Of a stretch of DNA of 64,000 bases, positions 9,674 through 20,056 are shown piece after piece. The position numbers and the translations under genes are program-made. Numbering within the stretch: position 1 is the first letter of the stretch; every line of letters starts with the position of its first letter. The stretch is taken from NCBI GenBank assembly GCA_965205865.1, contig CBDBHR010000024.1, positions 96,001 through 160,000 on the forward strand, read 5' to 3'. The notes beneath the pieces are model-generated. The model saw only the letters and a program-made list of their open reading frames with translations, was not told the origin of the DNA and ran no database searches. This DNA is from a bacterium (GTDB lineage: Bacteria > SAR324 > NAC60-12).

Positions 9674-10678
9674 GTCACCGGTGCGATTGAATTTCCCTGT
9701 TTTTCAAGGCATCGCCTCCATCCCAAGTAATTCGGGAGGTATTTTGTTGCAACCCCATTGAATCGACGCATCCAGCCTTTTAAACGGCTGTCATATGCGT
9801 TGACATTTTGAATGTGATAGACCTTGTTAATGACCCTGCTCTCATTGGAGGCGATCAGCCGGACATGCGCGATGTTCTCAGTGTCCGCGAATGCCCAATA
9901 AGATTTGTTCCCGTCCGTGCAAAGGACCGCATCCTGTGCCAAGACAGGCTTGAGCACTTTGGTGATCGAGACTTCGCTGAGGTCTTTCAGCACTTCGTCT
10001 GTCATCTCTCTGTGGCGGTCCCTTACGATCAGAACCGGGATTTGCTCCGCAGACAACCCCCGCTTCGTGGCTTTGCCGCCTCTTTTGCGAGCTGTGCGCC
10101 CCAGGTTCCGCGAACCTTTGAACGACTCCAGGAAGAAGGTCTCGTCGGCCTCGACTATCCCCTTGAGGCTGCTGTCCTTCTTGTCCCTCAACCCATGCAG
10201 GAAACGGTGACGCCACCGGAAACTGGTGGTGTTGTCGATCCCGCATTTTCTGGCCGCCTTGCGGACACTCAGGCCGTCAATCATCGCCTTGGAATACTCC
10301 AGCCACTTCTCCTTTTTCCGCAGGCGCGCCAAGGGAGTCCCAGTGGCTGCGTTGAAGGTCTTCAGGCAGCTTTTACAACGGTAGCGTTGCATCCCATTTG
10401 ATATTCCCCACCTTTGAAATTGAACATGCTTGCAATGAGGACAGTGCCCGCCACCGCTGATGCGCTTCTCAAGTGTCTCTGCGACTGCCTCGCCTTCATC
10501 CTTGACTCGCAAAACATCGGACAGCTTCCTTTTTTGTGCCGGACTCAACCCCTCAAGACGTGAAAGATATTGTTTGAATTCTGTATGATCCATCTCCTTC
10601 TCCTATAAAAAATTTAGCGGTTCAGGAGACAGTATGACAGATGCAAAAAATTTATCAATATTTATCACAAACAGAGCC
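9625..10678 (-). mobile_element. IS1595-family element
   Basis: Terminal IRs GGCTCTGTTTG / CAAACAGAGCC; 8-bp duplication AAGTTTAA at 9617-9624 and 10679-10686. Confidence 0.92.
9649..10593 (-). CDS. IS1595 family transposase
   Basis: CPHC...RYRCKSC zinc finger; VEADETF, LCTDG, HIQNVNAYDSRLK and GVATKYL motifs. Confidence 0.95.
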   Translation of the reverse strand: MDHTEFKQYLSRLEGLSPAQKRKLSDVLRVKDEGEAVAETLEKRISGGGHCPHCKHVQFQRWGISNGMQRYRCKSCLKTFNAATGTPLARLRKKEKWLEYSKAMIDGLSVRKAARKCGIDNTTSFRWRHRFLHGLRDKKDSSLKGIVEADETFFLESFKGSRNLGRTARKRGGKATKRGLSAEQIPVLIVRDRHREMTDEVLKDLSEVSITKVLKPVLAQDAVLCTDGNKSYWAFADTENIAHVRLIASNESRVINKVYHIQNVNAYDSRLKGWMRRFNGVATKYLPNYLGWRRCLEKQGNSIAPVTYLNCALG

Positions 10679-10747
10679 AAGTTTAAAGGCCATTAATGTG
10701 ACAACACCGGATTCGGGGAATTTTCAGAAATTGCCATAGAATAAAGG

Positions 10748-11626
10748 TCACAGATTCCAACCCAGTGAAAACACGATGCTGAATATCAGCAGGAATTTAC
10801 CGGTTTCCGCCAGTGTTGTATTGAGAAGCGCACTTTCGGAATAGGTGAACACTGTTTTGATTGGGGGAACTGCAAAGGCCATAGTCAAGATAGCTGATAA
10901 TGCAAAGAGATGTGTTCCCGCGTATAAGTAGAGCAAGATTGGAATGCAAGCCGCCAGGATAAGCAAAATCAGGTATTCGAGTTGGGAAAAACGTTTGCCG
11001 AAACGCACGGCCAAGGTATATTTCCCGGCAGTTCGGTCTTGTTCCATATCCCGCAGATTGTTGACCACTAAAATAGCTGTCGAGATCAACCCTGGGGCCA
11101 AACCTGCAATTAATACGGATAAATCGAGGTTCAAGCCCTGCACGTAATAAGTGCCTGCTACCGCCACGGGTCCAAAGAAAACCAGGACAAAGAGGTCGGC
11201 AAATCCCGTGTAGGCAGTGGCAAAGGGAGTGGCGGTATAAAGCAGTCCTGCAAGGATGCAAATCAAGCCAGTCCAGAATGCCAGCCAGCCTCCACGCCAG
11301 ACCAGGAAAAGTCCAAAGAGAATAGCAAGTCCAAATACCAGTATGAATGCCCGGCGCATGGTTTCCGGCTTGACCAAGCCTGCCTGAGTGGCTCGCAAGG
11401 GGCCGACTCTTTCACTGGTATCCGCACCTTTGAGAAAATCGAAATAATCATTGGCAAAATTGGTGCCAATCTGAATCAAGACGGCCACTACGAGAGCGAC
11501 CAATGCGGATGGCCCATGCCAGAGACCATCTTCAAAAGCCATTGCGCTGCCGATTATCACCGGAGAAACAGAGGCCCACAACGTTTTGGGCCGAGACGCC
11601 AACCACCAAACCTGAACGGGTACCAT
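10748..11626 (-). CDS. menA: 1,4-dihydroxy-2-naphthoate polyprenyltransferase
   Basis: RPKTL, NFANDYFDFLKGAD and NNLRDMEQD...GKYTLAVRFG motifs; multiple TM helices. Confidence 0.92.
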   Translation of the reverse strand: MVPVQVWWLASRPKTLWASVSPVIIGSAMAFEDGLWHGPSALVALVVAVLIQIGTNFANDYFDFLKGADTSERVGPLRATQAGLVKPETMRRAFILVFGLAILFGLFLVWRGGWLAFWTGLICILAGLLYTATPFATAYTGFADLFVLVFFGPVAVAGTYYVQGLNLDLSVLIAGLAPGLISTAILVVNNLRDMEQDRTAGKYTLAVRFGKRFSQLEYLILLILAACIPILLYLYAGTHLFALSAILTMAFAVPPIKTVFTYSESALLNTTLAETGKFLLIFSIVFSLGWNL

Positions 11627-11736
11627 TTTTCCTTATGAAGGTTGTTAAGCGCCTCCCGCAAAAATCAAGTTCAAGAGAGTTTGCCAGGAATAGGGTATCG
11701 TCGCTGTCAATTTTTTGAAAACAGGAACTGCTCGGA

Positions 11737-12501
11737 TCAAACCAAAGCGAAGCGCACGCCACAAACCGTCACTTTGTCCTCATAAAGAGGGAATCCACGT
11801 TGTTTGGCTTGGGAGAGTACATAGTCTTTATTGACGACTTTCAGATCAATGCCGCCCAATCCCTCTCCTCTTCCATCGGTAGCTTCCACAAAGCGAATAC
11901 CGGCGTTTTCGAGAGGTAGTATTGGAATTCCGGAATGCTGAATTTGTAATGAAATTTGGGCAACTTCGCTCCAACGCCGTGCCAATTTGATAGGATTTTC
12001 GCTCTGCAGTTCCACCGCCTGGAAGTGGGAGATCACATTGGTACGTTTGGCAGCTCGCCAATTTTTTCCGGCAGGCCACCAGGGACCATCCGGTTGTTCA
12101 AAACCTTCATTCCAGTCGATCTCGAAAATCGCGGCTCCCGTATCCTGAGGATGCAACTGCATACCACGAAATCCCTCATAATCCATTTCGTGCGCGAGGC
12201 GGATTCCCAGGGCTTTGATATGCGCTTTTCGTGGCGGTAAGTCGTCACATTGGGTGATGACCATATATCCTCCATTGCCACCACGCCGTTTCAGGTAGCG
12301 TTCGGCTGCTGTATTTTCTTCAGTCGGGGCCACTATTTCCAGAAAAGAATTGCCTACCGGCAGGATGGTGTTTTCCAAGCCAAAAATTCCCACACCCGGG
12401 TCGACATGTCCGATTTCAAGGCCAAAAATCGCCTTGAGGTCTTCCACGACCGGATTGAGTTCGTAGGCCACCAAACAAATTTGACGAAGTCTTAGTTTCA
12501 T
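11737..12501 (-). CDS. VOC/glyoxalase-like domain protein
   Basis: LRQICLVA, FGLEN, FLEIVAP and QLHPQDTG motifs. Confidence 0.75.
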   Translation of the reverse strand: MKLRLRQICLVAYELNPVVEDLKAIFGLEIGHVDPGVGIFGLENTILPVGNSFLEIVAPTEENTAAERYLKRRGGNGGYMVITQCDDLPPRKAHIKALGIRLAHEMDYEGFRGMQLHPQDTGAAIFEIDWNEGFEQPDGPWWPAGKNWRAAKRTNVISHFQAVELQSENPIKLARRWSEVAQISLQIQHSGIPILPLENAGIRFVEATDGRGEGLGGIDLKVVNKDYVLSQAKQRGFPLYEDKVTVCGVRFALV

Positions 12502-12570
12502 AGGACTATTCTCCAGTTCATGCCACTTCTGTTACTGCGCAAACCATTGGAAGCATAGGAATGCGAAAAC

Positions 12571-13056
12571 TCAATTTTGGGATGACTTGCATTCTTGAAC
12601 GACATCTATGTCGAGCAGTGGATTCAACTGCTCCTTGGAATCGAGGACAACTTTCGAGTCATCCGTAAAGACAATATCGATTTTATCGATCACAACGCAA
12701 ACCATTGAAGAGCGAAACCAATCTCCAAGCCACCAGACCCGGTTGTAACGGGCACCCTCTTTCTTATCCATCGGCACGTAGTTACCGCTCAGAATCAACT
12801 GCTTTTCCAAGAGCTTTCTTCCTTTTTTATTATAGATGGAAATGGAAAACCCCACTCTGTAGATTGTCTTCGGTCCGAGGTTGTACCAGAGAAGTTCAAC
12901 TGGGCTGACAAGGCGGGGCTCCAGGCTAATGCTACTGATAAAAATCGGTGCTCCTCTTTCTTGCGCCCGTTTCAGCGTTTCGGAAGTAAAAAAACCTGCG
13001 CACCCTGTTATGATCATCGTCAGTAATAAGATATGATACTTTCCTATTTGCCTCAT
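12571..13056 (-). CDS. Hypothetical lipoprotein
   Basis: Signal peptide ending in ITGC lipobox; GGAGG RBS. Confidence 0.55.
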   Translation of the reverse strand: MRQIGKYHILLLTMIITGCAGFFTSETLKRAQERGAPIFISSISLEPRLVSPVELLWYNLGPKTIYRVGFSISIYNKKGRKLLEKQLILSGNYVPMDKKEGARYNRVWWLGDWFRSSMVCVVIDKIDIVFTDDSKVVLDSKEQLNPLLDIDVVQECKSSQN

Positions 13057-13159
13057 CTTCCCTCCTGTAAAAGATTCATTCGCAAGCAAACCTTGAATTA
13101 AACATCCCTGCTAACAATCTTTTCTCCTTGAATGACCTTATCATAGCTCAACAGGGCGC

Positions 13160-13522
13160 CCCTCACAATGCAGAATATTAAAAACATGATTCTCATTGAT
13201 GAGCAAGATACTTTTTGGCGCCAATACCTCAACCCCGGTGTCGAATCGCAACTTGCGGCGCATCTCCCGGAATCGACTTGGGGCACCTTCCTTCAGTGGA
13301 AGTGAAGCGATTCAGCGCTGAAAGGTTTTTGCTCATGATTACTCTTATTTTATTCTTAGGGATCAAACCAAACATCCTTTCGATGATAAGCATCAGTCGA
13401 ATGTTTTGCGGATATTGGGCGAACAAAGCCAATCCGACACGACTTGTCAAGAGTTCACCGGTTGGCTGATTTGCATCAATTATTTGTTTCTTTTTATCCT
13501 GAACTGTTGTATCTTTTTCCAT
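13160..13522 (-). pseudogene. Possible transposase remnant (IS1380-like N-terminus)
   Basis: LTSRVGLALF resembles the LTSxxGL N-terminal motif; no intact core visible. Confidence 0.3.
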
Positions 13523-13720
13523 AAAGCTCTCTACCTGTCGGGTTGTATTGGACTTCGTCGTAAAATCAGTGTTGCTCATTGAAATATAACACATTTTTCC
13601 CTCGGTTGAGTGCTTTTTTTTGAATCGCTCAACTCAAGAGAATGTTTGTCAAAATCTCTTCTTGAAAATTTACTCAAATGTCCAAAGTCCAGTTAAAAAC
13701 TGTTTAGAAAGTTAAAAAGA

Positions 13721-15370
13721 ATGAATGGAATTGAATACATCGTAAAAATCTTAAAAGCCGAAGGGGTCGAATCGATGACCTGTTTCCCCGCAAACCCGTT
13801 GATTGAGGCGGCTGCCAAAGAGGAAATTCGACCAATCGCGTTTCGCCACGAACGCGGGGCAGTGATGGCCGCGGATGGCTTCAGTCGTACCAATGATCGA
13901 AAACGATTTGGGGTTGTCGCCATCCAGTCACAGGCGGGCGCGGAAAACTCTATGGGGGGAATAGCCCAGGCTTATGCCGACAATATCCCGATCCTGGTAT
14001 TGCCCGGGGGTATCTCTTTAAGCCAGATTGGGGTCCGTCCAAATTTCCCTGCAGCGCAAAATTACAAAGGATTGGTGAAGCAAGCGGAAGCTATCTATTC
14101 TCCGGATCAAGTGGGCAACGTCATGCGTCGGGCCTTTCATGCGCTGCGTAATGGCGTGCCCGGTCCGGTGGTCGTGGAGTTGACTGCGGATGTTTGCAAT
14201 CGTGAAGTCCCTGTCGACGCTCAGAATTACAAATCTCCCAAAGCTGCGCTCCAGGTCCCTTCCAGCAGTGATATAAAGGATGCGGTACAAGCCTTACTTG
14301 CGGCCAGGAAACCTGTTATTTGGGCGGGGGGAGGCGTCTTGCTCTCGGGCGCATCCGCCGAACTGAAAGAATTGGCAGAATTAACGGGAATCCCGGTATT
14401 TTGCACAATGCCAGGGAAATCAGCTTTCGACGAACGTCATCCATTGGCTTTGGGCGCTGGCTGTGGAACTACGACCTTGCCTGCCCACCAATGGCTTCGG
14501 GAAAGTGATGTCTTGATCGCCCTTGGTTCCAGTTTGACTCGCACTTCTTATGGTCAGCCAGTCCCTCCTGGAAAAATTCTCATTCAAAACACAAACAATC
14601 CTGATGATATCAACAAAGACGAATCCGTAGACATCGGATTGATCGGAGATACCCGCTTGACCCTTCTCTCCCTCATCGAGGAGTTCAAAGCACGAGAAAT
14701 GAAGCCCGATGCGGTCAAAGTGTCACAAATTCAGGCTCAAATCCAGGCTGTCAAGAAGGAGTGGATAAATAAATGGACCCCACACCTCACCTCCGAGGAA
14801 GAACCCCTCAATTATTACCGCATCATCCAAGAAATCGATCAAACGCTGGACAGGGAAAACAGCATTGTCACACACGATGCCGGTGCTCCTCGGGATTGCA
14901 TAGTGCCCTTTTATACGGCCACCACTCCTCATAGTTACATCGGTTGGGGCAAGACAACTCATCTGGGTTTTGGCATCCCGCTGATGATTGGCGCGAAGTT
15001 AGCCCATCCGGACAAGTTCTGTCTCAATATGATGGGCGATGGCGCCTTTGGCATGTCTGGTTTGGATATTGAGACATCAGTGCGCGCCCAGCTTCCCATT
15101 ACCACCGTACTCCTCAATAATAGCGCTATGGCGACTTATGCGGGATTAAAGGTTTTAGACACAGCGCGCGAGCGCTATGGAATCACTCACATGCAGGGGA
15201 ATTATGCCCAGCTTGCAGAAGGTATGGGTGCTGTCGGAATTCGGGTCTCCCATGTAGTGGAGATGGCACCCGCATTGCAGAAAGCCCAACGCTTGAACAA
15301 AGAGGGGCATACGGTCTTGATTGATGTACGCGCCAATGTCGAAGCGCGACGTTCTTTTTTCAAGAGTTGA
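13721..15370 (+). CDS. Thiamine pyrophosphate-dependent enzyme (acetolactate synthase-like)
   Basis: RHE motif; GDGAFGM...NN TPP-binding motif. Confidence 0.9.
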   Translation: MNGIEYIVKILKAEGVESMTCFPANPLIEAAAKEEIRPIAFRHERGAVMAADGFSRTNDRKRFGVVAIQSQAGAENSMGGIAQAYADNIPILVLPGGISLSQIGVRPNFPAAQNYKGLVKQAEAIYSPDQVGNVMRRAFHALRNGVPGPVVVELTADVCNREVPVDAQNYKSPKAALQVPSSSDIKDAVQALLAARKPVIWAGGGVLLSGASAELKELAELTGIPVFCTMPGKSAFDERHPLALGAGCGTTTLPAHQWLRESDVLIALGSSLTRTSYGQPVPPGKILIQNTNNPDDINKDESVDIGLIGDTRLTLLSLIEEFKAREMKPDAVKVSQIQAQIQAVKKEWINKWTPHLTSEEEPLNYYRIIQEIDQTLDRENSIVTHDAGAPRDCIVPFYTATTPHSYIGWGKTTHLGFGIPLMIGAKLAHPDKFCLNMMGDGAFGMSGLDIETSVRAQLPITTVLLNNSAMATYAGLKVLDTARERYGITHMQGNYAQLAEGMGAVGIRVSHVVEMAPALQKAQRLNKEGHTVLIDVRANVEARRSFFKS

Positions 15371-15382
15371 TAAGGAAATGCC

Positions 15383-15922
15383 TCACTTGAGTTGATCCTG
15401 AAATTCCTTCTTGAGCTTTTTGACTTTGGGATTGATCACCATGAGGCAATAAGGCTGGTAGGGATTGTTACGAAAATAATTTTGATGATAGTCTTCTGCT
15501 TCATAAAAGGTGGTCAAGGGCGTGATTTCGGTGAAAAGGGGGTCGGGCCATAAACCGGCAGCCGCAGTTTCCTGTTTTGATTGTTCCGCAATCAATTTCT
15601 GTGTTTCATTATGATAAAAAATAGCAGAACGGTATTGAGTGCCGACATCGGGTCCCTGTCGGTTCAATGTGGTTGGGTCATGGGTACGCCAAAAAACATA
15701 TAGGATATCAGCAAACGAAATCACGTCAGGGTCAAAAGAAATTTGTGCGACTTCCGCATGACCCGTGGTTCCGGTGCAGATCTGAGTGTAGGTTGGATTT
15801 TCAGTCACACCGCCTGTATAGCCGGAAACCACGTGTCCCACGCCTTTCAAATTCTGATAAACCGCCTCCACGCACCAAAAACACCCTCCACCCAAAGTGG
15901 TTTTTTCCGGATTAGCAGACAT
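15383..15922 (-). CDS. msrA: Peptide methionine (S)-sulfoxide reductase
   Basis: GCFWC, TGHAE, RQGPDVGTQYRS and AEDYHQNY motifs. Confidence 0.97.
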   Translation of the reverse strand: MSANPEKTTLGGGCFWCVEAVYQNLKGVGHVVSGYTGGVTENPTYTQICTGTTGHAEVAQISFDPDVISFADILYVFWRTHDPTTLNRQGPDVGTQYRSAIFYHNETQKLIAEQSKQETAAAGLWPDPLFTEITPLTTFYEAEDYHQNYFRNNPYQPYCLMVINPKVKKLKKEFQDQLK

Positions 15923-15961
15923 AATGATTCCTCATTGGTAATGTGTTTTTTATAGAAATTT

Positions 15962-17116
15962 TCATTTATACGAACGATGGAGCCAGTCTTTCATTCGTTT
16001 TACCGCCTCGAGGATCTCTTCAGTTTGCGCGCAAAAAGAGAAACGCACAGCTCGATGTCCACGGGAGGGATCGAAGTCGATTCCACTGGTGGTAGCAACT
16101 CCGGTTTCCCGCAGCAGATTGTTACAAAAGGTTTTGCTGTCGTTGGTCAGCTTTGAAATGTCCGCATAGATGTAAAACGCCCCATCCGCAGGAGCCAGAC
16201 CCATTCCCATTCCCGGTAATTCATTCAAAAGAATTTCCCGGTTTTTTGTATAACGCGCTACATGGCCCTCTAATTCTTCATGACAATCAAAGGCCGCCAA
16301 AGCGGCCCATTGGGAAAGCGTCTGGGGGGATATGAAAATATTCTGCGCCAGACATTCTATACTGCGTAGAATGTTATCCGGAACAATCATCCAGCCCAAT
16401 CGCCAACCCGTCATGGAAAAATACTTGGAGAAACTGTTGATAACAATTGCTTCTCCAGTATAGGACAATGCGGAAACTGCCGGGGTCCCATACGTGATAC
16501 CGTGGTAGATTTCATCGGAAATAAGACGAATTCCCTGGCTGCGACAATACTGGCAGAGCGCTTCCATTTCGGAATGTCCAATCATCGTCCCGGTTGGATT
16601 GGCAGGACTCGCGACCAAAAGCCCGTCGATTGGCTTTTCCAGTTGTTCGAGCAGAGCAGGTGTCGGCTGGAAGCGGGTTTCAGGTCCTGAGAGAATTTCT
16701 ACCGCTTCCAATCCCAAAGCGCTTATGAGTTTGCTATAGCATGCGTAGCCCGGAGAAACGAAGGCAACCCGGTCTCCCACGTCAAATGTCGCAAGGAAGG
16801 CAAGTAGAAATCCCCCCGAGGAACCGCAAGAGACAACTACACTGGCAGGCGAGAGATGCAGTGAATAACGATCTTGATAGTGGCGGGCAATTCGTTCACG
16901 GAGGGAGTCGATCCCCAATGCGACTGTGTAGCCAATTTTATCACGATCTAAAATGGATCTGGCGGCTGCCAGTACCTTCGCAGGGGCGGGGGTACTCGGT
17001 TGTCCTACTTCCATGTGAATGACGTCATCTCCCAACCTCTCACGTTCTGCAGCGGTCTGCATGACATCCATAACGATAAATGGTGAGATTCGACCGCGTT
17101 TTGACACTTTCAACAT
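15962..17116 (-). CDS. PLP-dependent aminotransferase class I/II
   Basis: SPANPTG, SDEIYH and NSFSKYFSMTGWRLG motifs. Confidence 0.92.
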   Translation of the reverse strand: MLKVSKRGRISPFIVMDVMQTAAERERLGDDVIHMEVGQPSTPAPAKVLAAARSILDRDKIGYTVALGIDSLRERIARHYQDRYSLHLSPASVVVSCGSSGGFLLAFLATFDVGDRVAFVSPGYACYSKLISALGLEAVEILSGPETRFQPTPALLEQLEKPIDGLLVASPANPTGTMIGHSEMEALCQYCRSQGIRLISDEIYHGITYGTPAVSALSYTGEAIVINSFSKYFSMTGWRLGWMIVPDNILRSIECLAQNIFISPQTLSQWAALAAFDCHEELEGHVARYTKNREILLNELPGMGMGLAPADGAFYIYADISKLTNDSKTFCNNLLRETGVATTSGIDFDPSRGHRAVRFSFCAQTEEILEAVKRMKDWLHRSYK

Positions 17117-17307
17117 GTAGTATTTCCTACGGTGACAACGGTCCAAGTACTTTAGAAATTTGAAGAATCAGCCCTGATAAGCGATAGAGTATCTTTTTGG
17201 GAGAAAAGAGCAAGAGAGGAGTGACCTCGATAAGAAGGGTGGCACTGAAGACTCGAATAAACGTAACCCTTGAGGAAAAGAAAGTGCGTTTCCGCTTTGA
17301 AAACTGA

Positions 17308-17634
17308 TCAGTCCGCACGAATCCAGGAGACTTGTTCTTGCGGGACATGTTTATGAAGTGAATCTTCAGAAACATGAGATGCGGAAAACTCGCATTCTTC
17401 CCAATCCAGATTGATCACATCTGCAGCATCTACGCTGTCCATTTCCTCCAACAATTTGATTTTATTAGCCAGTTCGATGATTTGAATTCCCTGTTTTTTG
17501 CTAATCAGTCGCTGAGCATATACTTGATTACGCAGCCTTTGATTTTCCCTTATTTTGTCTTCTATCATTCTTTCCAGAATTTGTATCAAATTATGGATAA
17601 CATCATTCATCGAACCCATGTGTGGGTGCGTCAT
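17308..17634 (-). CDS. Hypothetical coiled-coil protein
   Basis: 108-aa ORF with AAAGGAG RBS; no family recognised. Confidence 0.5.
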   Translation of the reverse strand: MTHPHMGSMNDVIHNLIQILERMIEDKIRENQRLRNQVYAQRLISKKQGIQIIELANKIKLLEEMDSVDAADVINLDWEECEFSASHVSEDSLHKHVPQEQVSWIRAD

Positions 17635-17852
17635 TGTCCGTCTCCTTTTGTTGTTTATGAAATGAGTTACAGCGCCTGAAACGATGGATGCAGAAACGAT
17701 GCCTAACTCGAATCTTGCCTGCCCGAAATCAAAAAAAGAAAGAAATCTCGAGAGGTGTTCGGGGAGTTAAATGCTAAATGTAATGGTTCGTTATTTCTCC
17801 GAAAGGAGATTATAGCGCAACTTCACGGCAGCGCTAAACCAACCATAAAACA

Positions 17853-18050
17853 ATGAGCCGAGGTTCGTCGTCTTCACAAAAAGGATGGTAGTCTAATTCG
17901 CTCTATGGCTGCAGAATTTCAAGTATCCAGGAAAATGATTCAAGAATGGATTCATCGAGAATCCCCTTTGGATAGAGTACTACCAGCCTCTCGTAGAAGA
18001 AGCGTGGTTGATGCGAGCTACCGCCAAGCGATTGTGAATCGCTATGAGTT
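17853..18050 (+). pseudogene. HTH remnant resembling an IS21-type transposase N-terminus
   Basis: Translates EVRRLHKKDGSLIRSMAAEFQVSRKMIQEWI. Confidence 0.35.
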
Positions 18051-18101
18051 TGGACTCGTTGTTTAGATCAATATCAACAATTTTAAAACACTACCAGATC
18101 C

Positions 18102-18213
18102 TTAACCAGGTGTCCAAACCATATTTCGAAGCTCACCGAATGTGCGAGGAAGTTTAGTCCAACTGTCACCACCATTTTTGGAGAGGAACAATTCTCCAAA
18201 ATTAGTGTAGCTA
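18102..18213 (-). pseudogene. C-terminal fragment of the IS-interrupted beta-propeller gene
   Basis: Reads YTNFGELFLSKNGGDSW...VWTPG*, in frame with 20057-20937 once the IS is removed. Confidence 0.85.
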
Positions 18214-20056
18214 GATCCTAGCCGAAAAGGTATTTTAAGGTATTTTTTAGAATTATATCTTTAAACTTGAGGTTAAAAAGTGCCATAATTCATTGAAATA
18301 ACTGTGAATAACTTCAATATTAAGAATTATGGCACCCAAAATGAAACCATTCATTCGAGCAGAAAAACATCTTTTTTTAAGCGCTCCTGATACAGAATTT
18401 GAAAATTTCTTATCAGAACTTGATCAATTGTCTGAGCGAGAGCCGGAGATATTGGACAAAATTGAACAGGATTTGGAGAAATACGCAAGAAATAAAAAGA
18501 AAGAGCGTTTAGAGGATAAACGATGGCAGGAAGCCCGGAATCCATGGCTTCCTCATCTTCCCGTAGAAGATGAGGAATTGAAGCCGGAAGAACTGAGGCT
18601 GGAAATAGGGTGTCCTCGGATGTCGGCTTTTTTAGTCTACCTTTTTATGATGATTCGGGGATATTTAGGAAGTATCAAATCCCAAACGGCCCAAATATTT
18701 CTTTCAGAGTCAATCACACTGCATCTGCTTCTGCTCAACCGTGGATTGAAAATGCCGGGAGCGAGTACAATCCTTGATAATGTCAATGCTGTCAGCAACG
18801 AGAGCAGACAGTTTATTTTCGATGCTCAAATTCGAATGGTTCTCGATGAAGAGTTGGACGATTTTGATATTTTAAAACTGGATAGCACCTCTGTAAAAGG
18901 AAATACAGCTTGGCCTACTGATTCGTCGATATTGACTCGTCTCGTGGAGCGAAGCTACCATCGAGGGCGTTCCCTTGATACATTTGGAATCGCTGAGATC
19001 AGTGAAAGAAATTTTGATTTCCTCATCAAGGAGATGAATAAGCTCTCTAAGATGATGGCTTTTGAGACAGGTAAAAAGGACAGTAAAACGAAGCGAAAAA
19101 AACATTACAAAACCCTATTGAAGAAAGCTCAAAGCGCTCATGGGAAATTTTTAAAAGAAATGGCAAAGGTGGATATCCGTGCCCAAAAAGCTCTTCTCCC
19201 CCCTTCTCGGAAAACGCGTTTGATTCGCCTCATTGAAATGATGAATGAAGATATTTCTAATTTGCAACGGGTAATCATCTACTGTCATCAAAGAGTTTTT
19301 GAAGAAAAGAAGGTTCCTTCCACTGAGAAAGTATTGAGTCTTTCCGATCAGAGCTCGGCTTATATTCAAAAGGGAGATCGAGAAGCGCTTATCGGATATA
19401 AGCCTCAATTAGGAAGGAGCGGAAATGGTTTTATTTCCGTGTTAATTACTCCGGAGGGCAATGCTGCTGATTCAGGGCAACTCGACCCTGCCCTTGTTGA
19501 ACATTTGCGATGCACCATCACCATTCCCTCTGAAGTGAGCCTTGATGATGGATATGCCAATCAGGCGATCAGAGAAAAGTGGATGGGCAAAGGCGTTAAG
19601 GTTTTTAGTATTAGTGGGGCAAAGGGAAAAAAGATGACCCCGATTGAAGAATGGGAAAGTGAAATCTATTTGGAATCACGAAATGGAAGATCTGCTGCAG
19701 AGTCGTTGATGTTTCATCTTAAGCATCGTTTCCATTTCGGACAAGTTATGCGCAGAGGGATTGAAAACGTTCGGGCAGAGTTGCTGGAAAAAGCATTAAC
19801 CTATAATTTTTGCAAAATGATTGAGTTGAAAAAAAGACAACTCAAACAAGCGGCCTGAATATTCAATGGGGGAGTGTGAAATGTGAGCAGGGGCGAGGAA
19901 AGTATGTCCAAAAAAGATTTTTTCCCTATAAAAACTGTGCTGTGGGCGAATAAAAAACAAAAAAATCGTTTTCTCGTCATATTGAATCAAATAGAGAATC
20001 AAATAGAATCAAATTGGTTACATTTACTATTTTCGAAACCCTTTTCGGCTAGGGTC
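18214..20056 (+). mobile_element. ISNCY/IS5-like insertion sequence
   Basis: IRs GATCCTAGCCGAAAAGG / CCTTTTCGGCTAGGGTC; TAGCTA on both sides. The palindromic target makes exact ends ambiguous by a few bp. Confidence 0.85.
18329..19858 (+). CDS. DDE transposase (ISNCY/IS5-like)
   Basis: LDSTSV..NTAWPTDS, KVLSLSD, GNAADS, SLDDGY and RSAAESLMFHLK motifs. Confidence 0.85.
   Translation: MAPKMKPFIRAEKHLFLSAPDTEFENFLSELDQLSEREPEILDKIEQDLEKYARNKKKERLEDKRWQEARNPWLPHLPVEDEELKPEELRLEIGCPRMSAFLVYLFMMIRGYLGSIKSQTAQIFLSESITLHLLLLNRGLKMPGASTILDNVNAVSNESRQFIFDAQIRMVLDEELDDFDILKLDSTSVKGNTAWPTDSSILTRLVERSYHRGRSLDTFGIAEISERNFDFLIKEMNKLSKMMAFETGKKDSKTKRKKHYKTLLKKAQSAHGKFLKEMAKVDIRAQKALLPPSRKTRLIRLIEMMNEDISNLQRVIIYCHQRVFEEKKVPSTEKVLSLSDQSSAYIQKGDREALIGYKPQLGRSGNGFISVLITPEGNAADSGQLDPALVEHLRCTITIPSEVSLDDGYANQAIREKWMGKGVKVFSISGAKGKKMTPIEEWESEIYLESRNGRSAAESLMFHLKHRFHFGQVMRRGIENVRAELLEKALTYNFCKMIELKKRQLKQAA

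Noticed and set aside
17640-17830. Riboswitch upstream of the 17634 ORF
   Set aside because: No recognisable aptamer consensus by eye; would need an Rfam scan.
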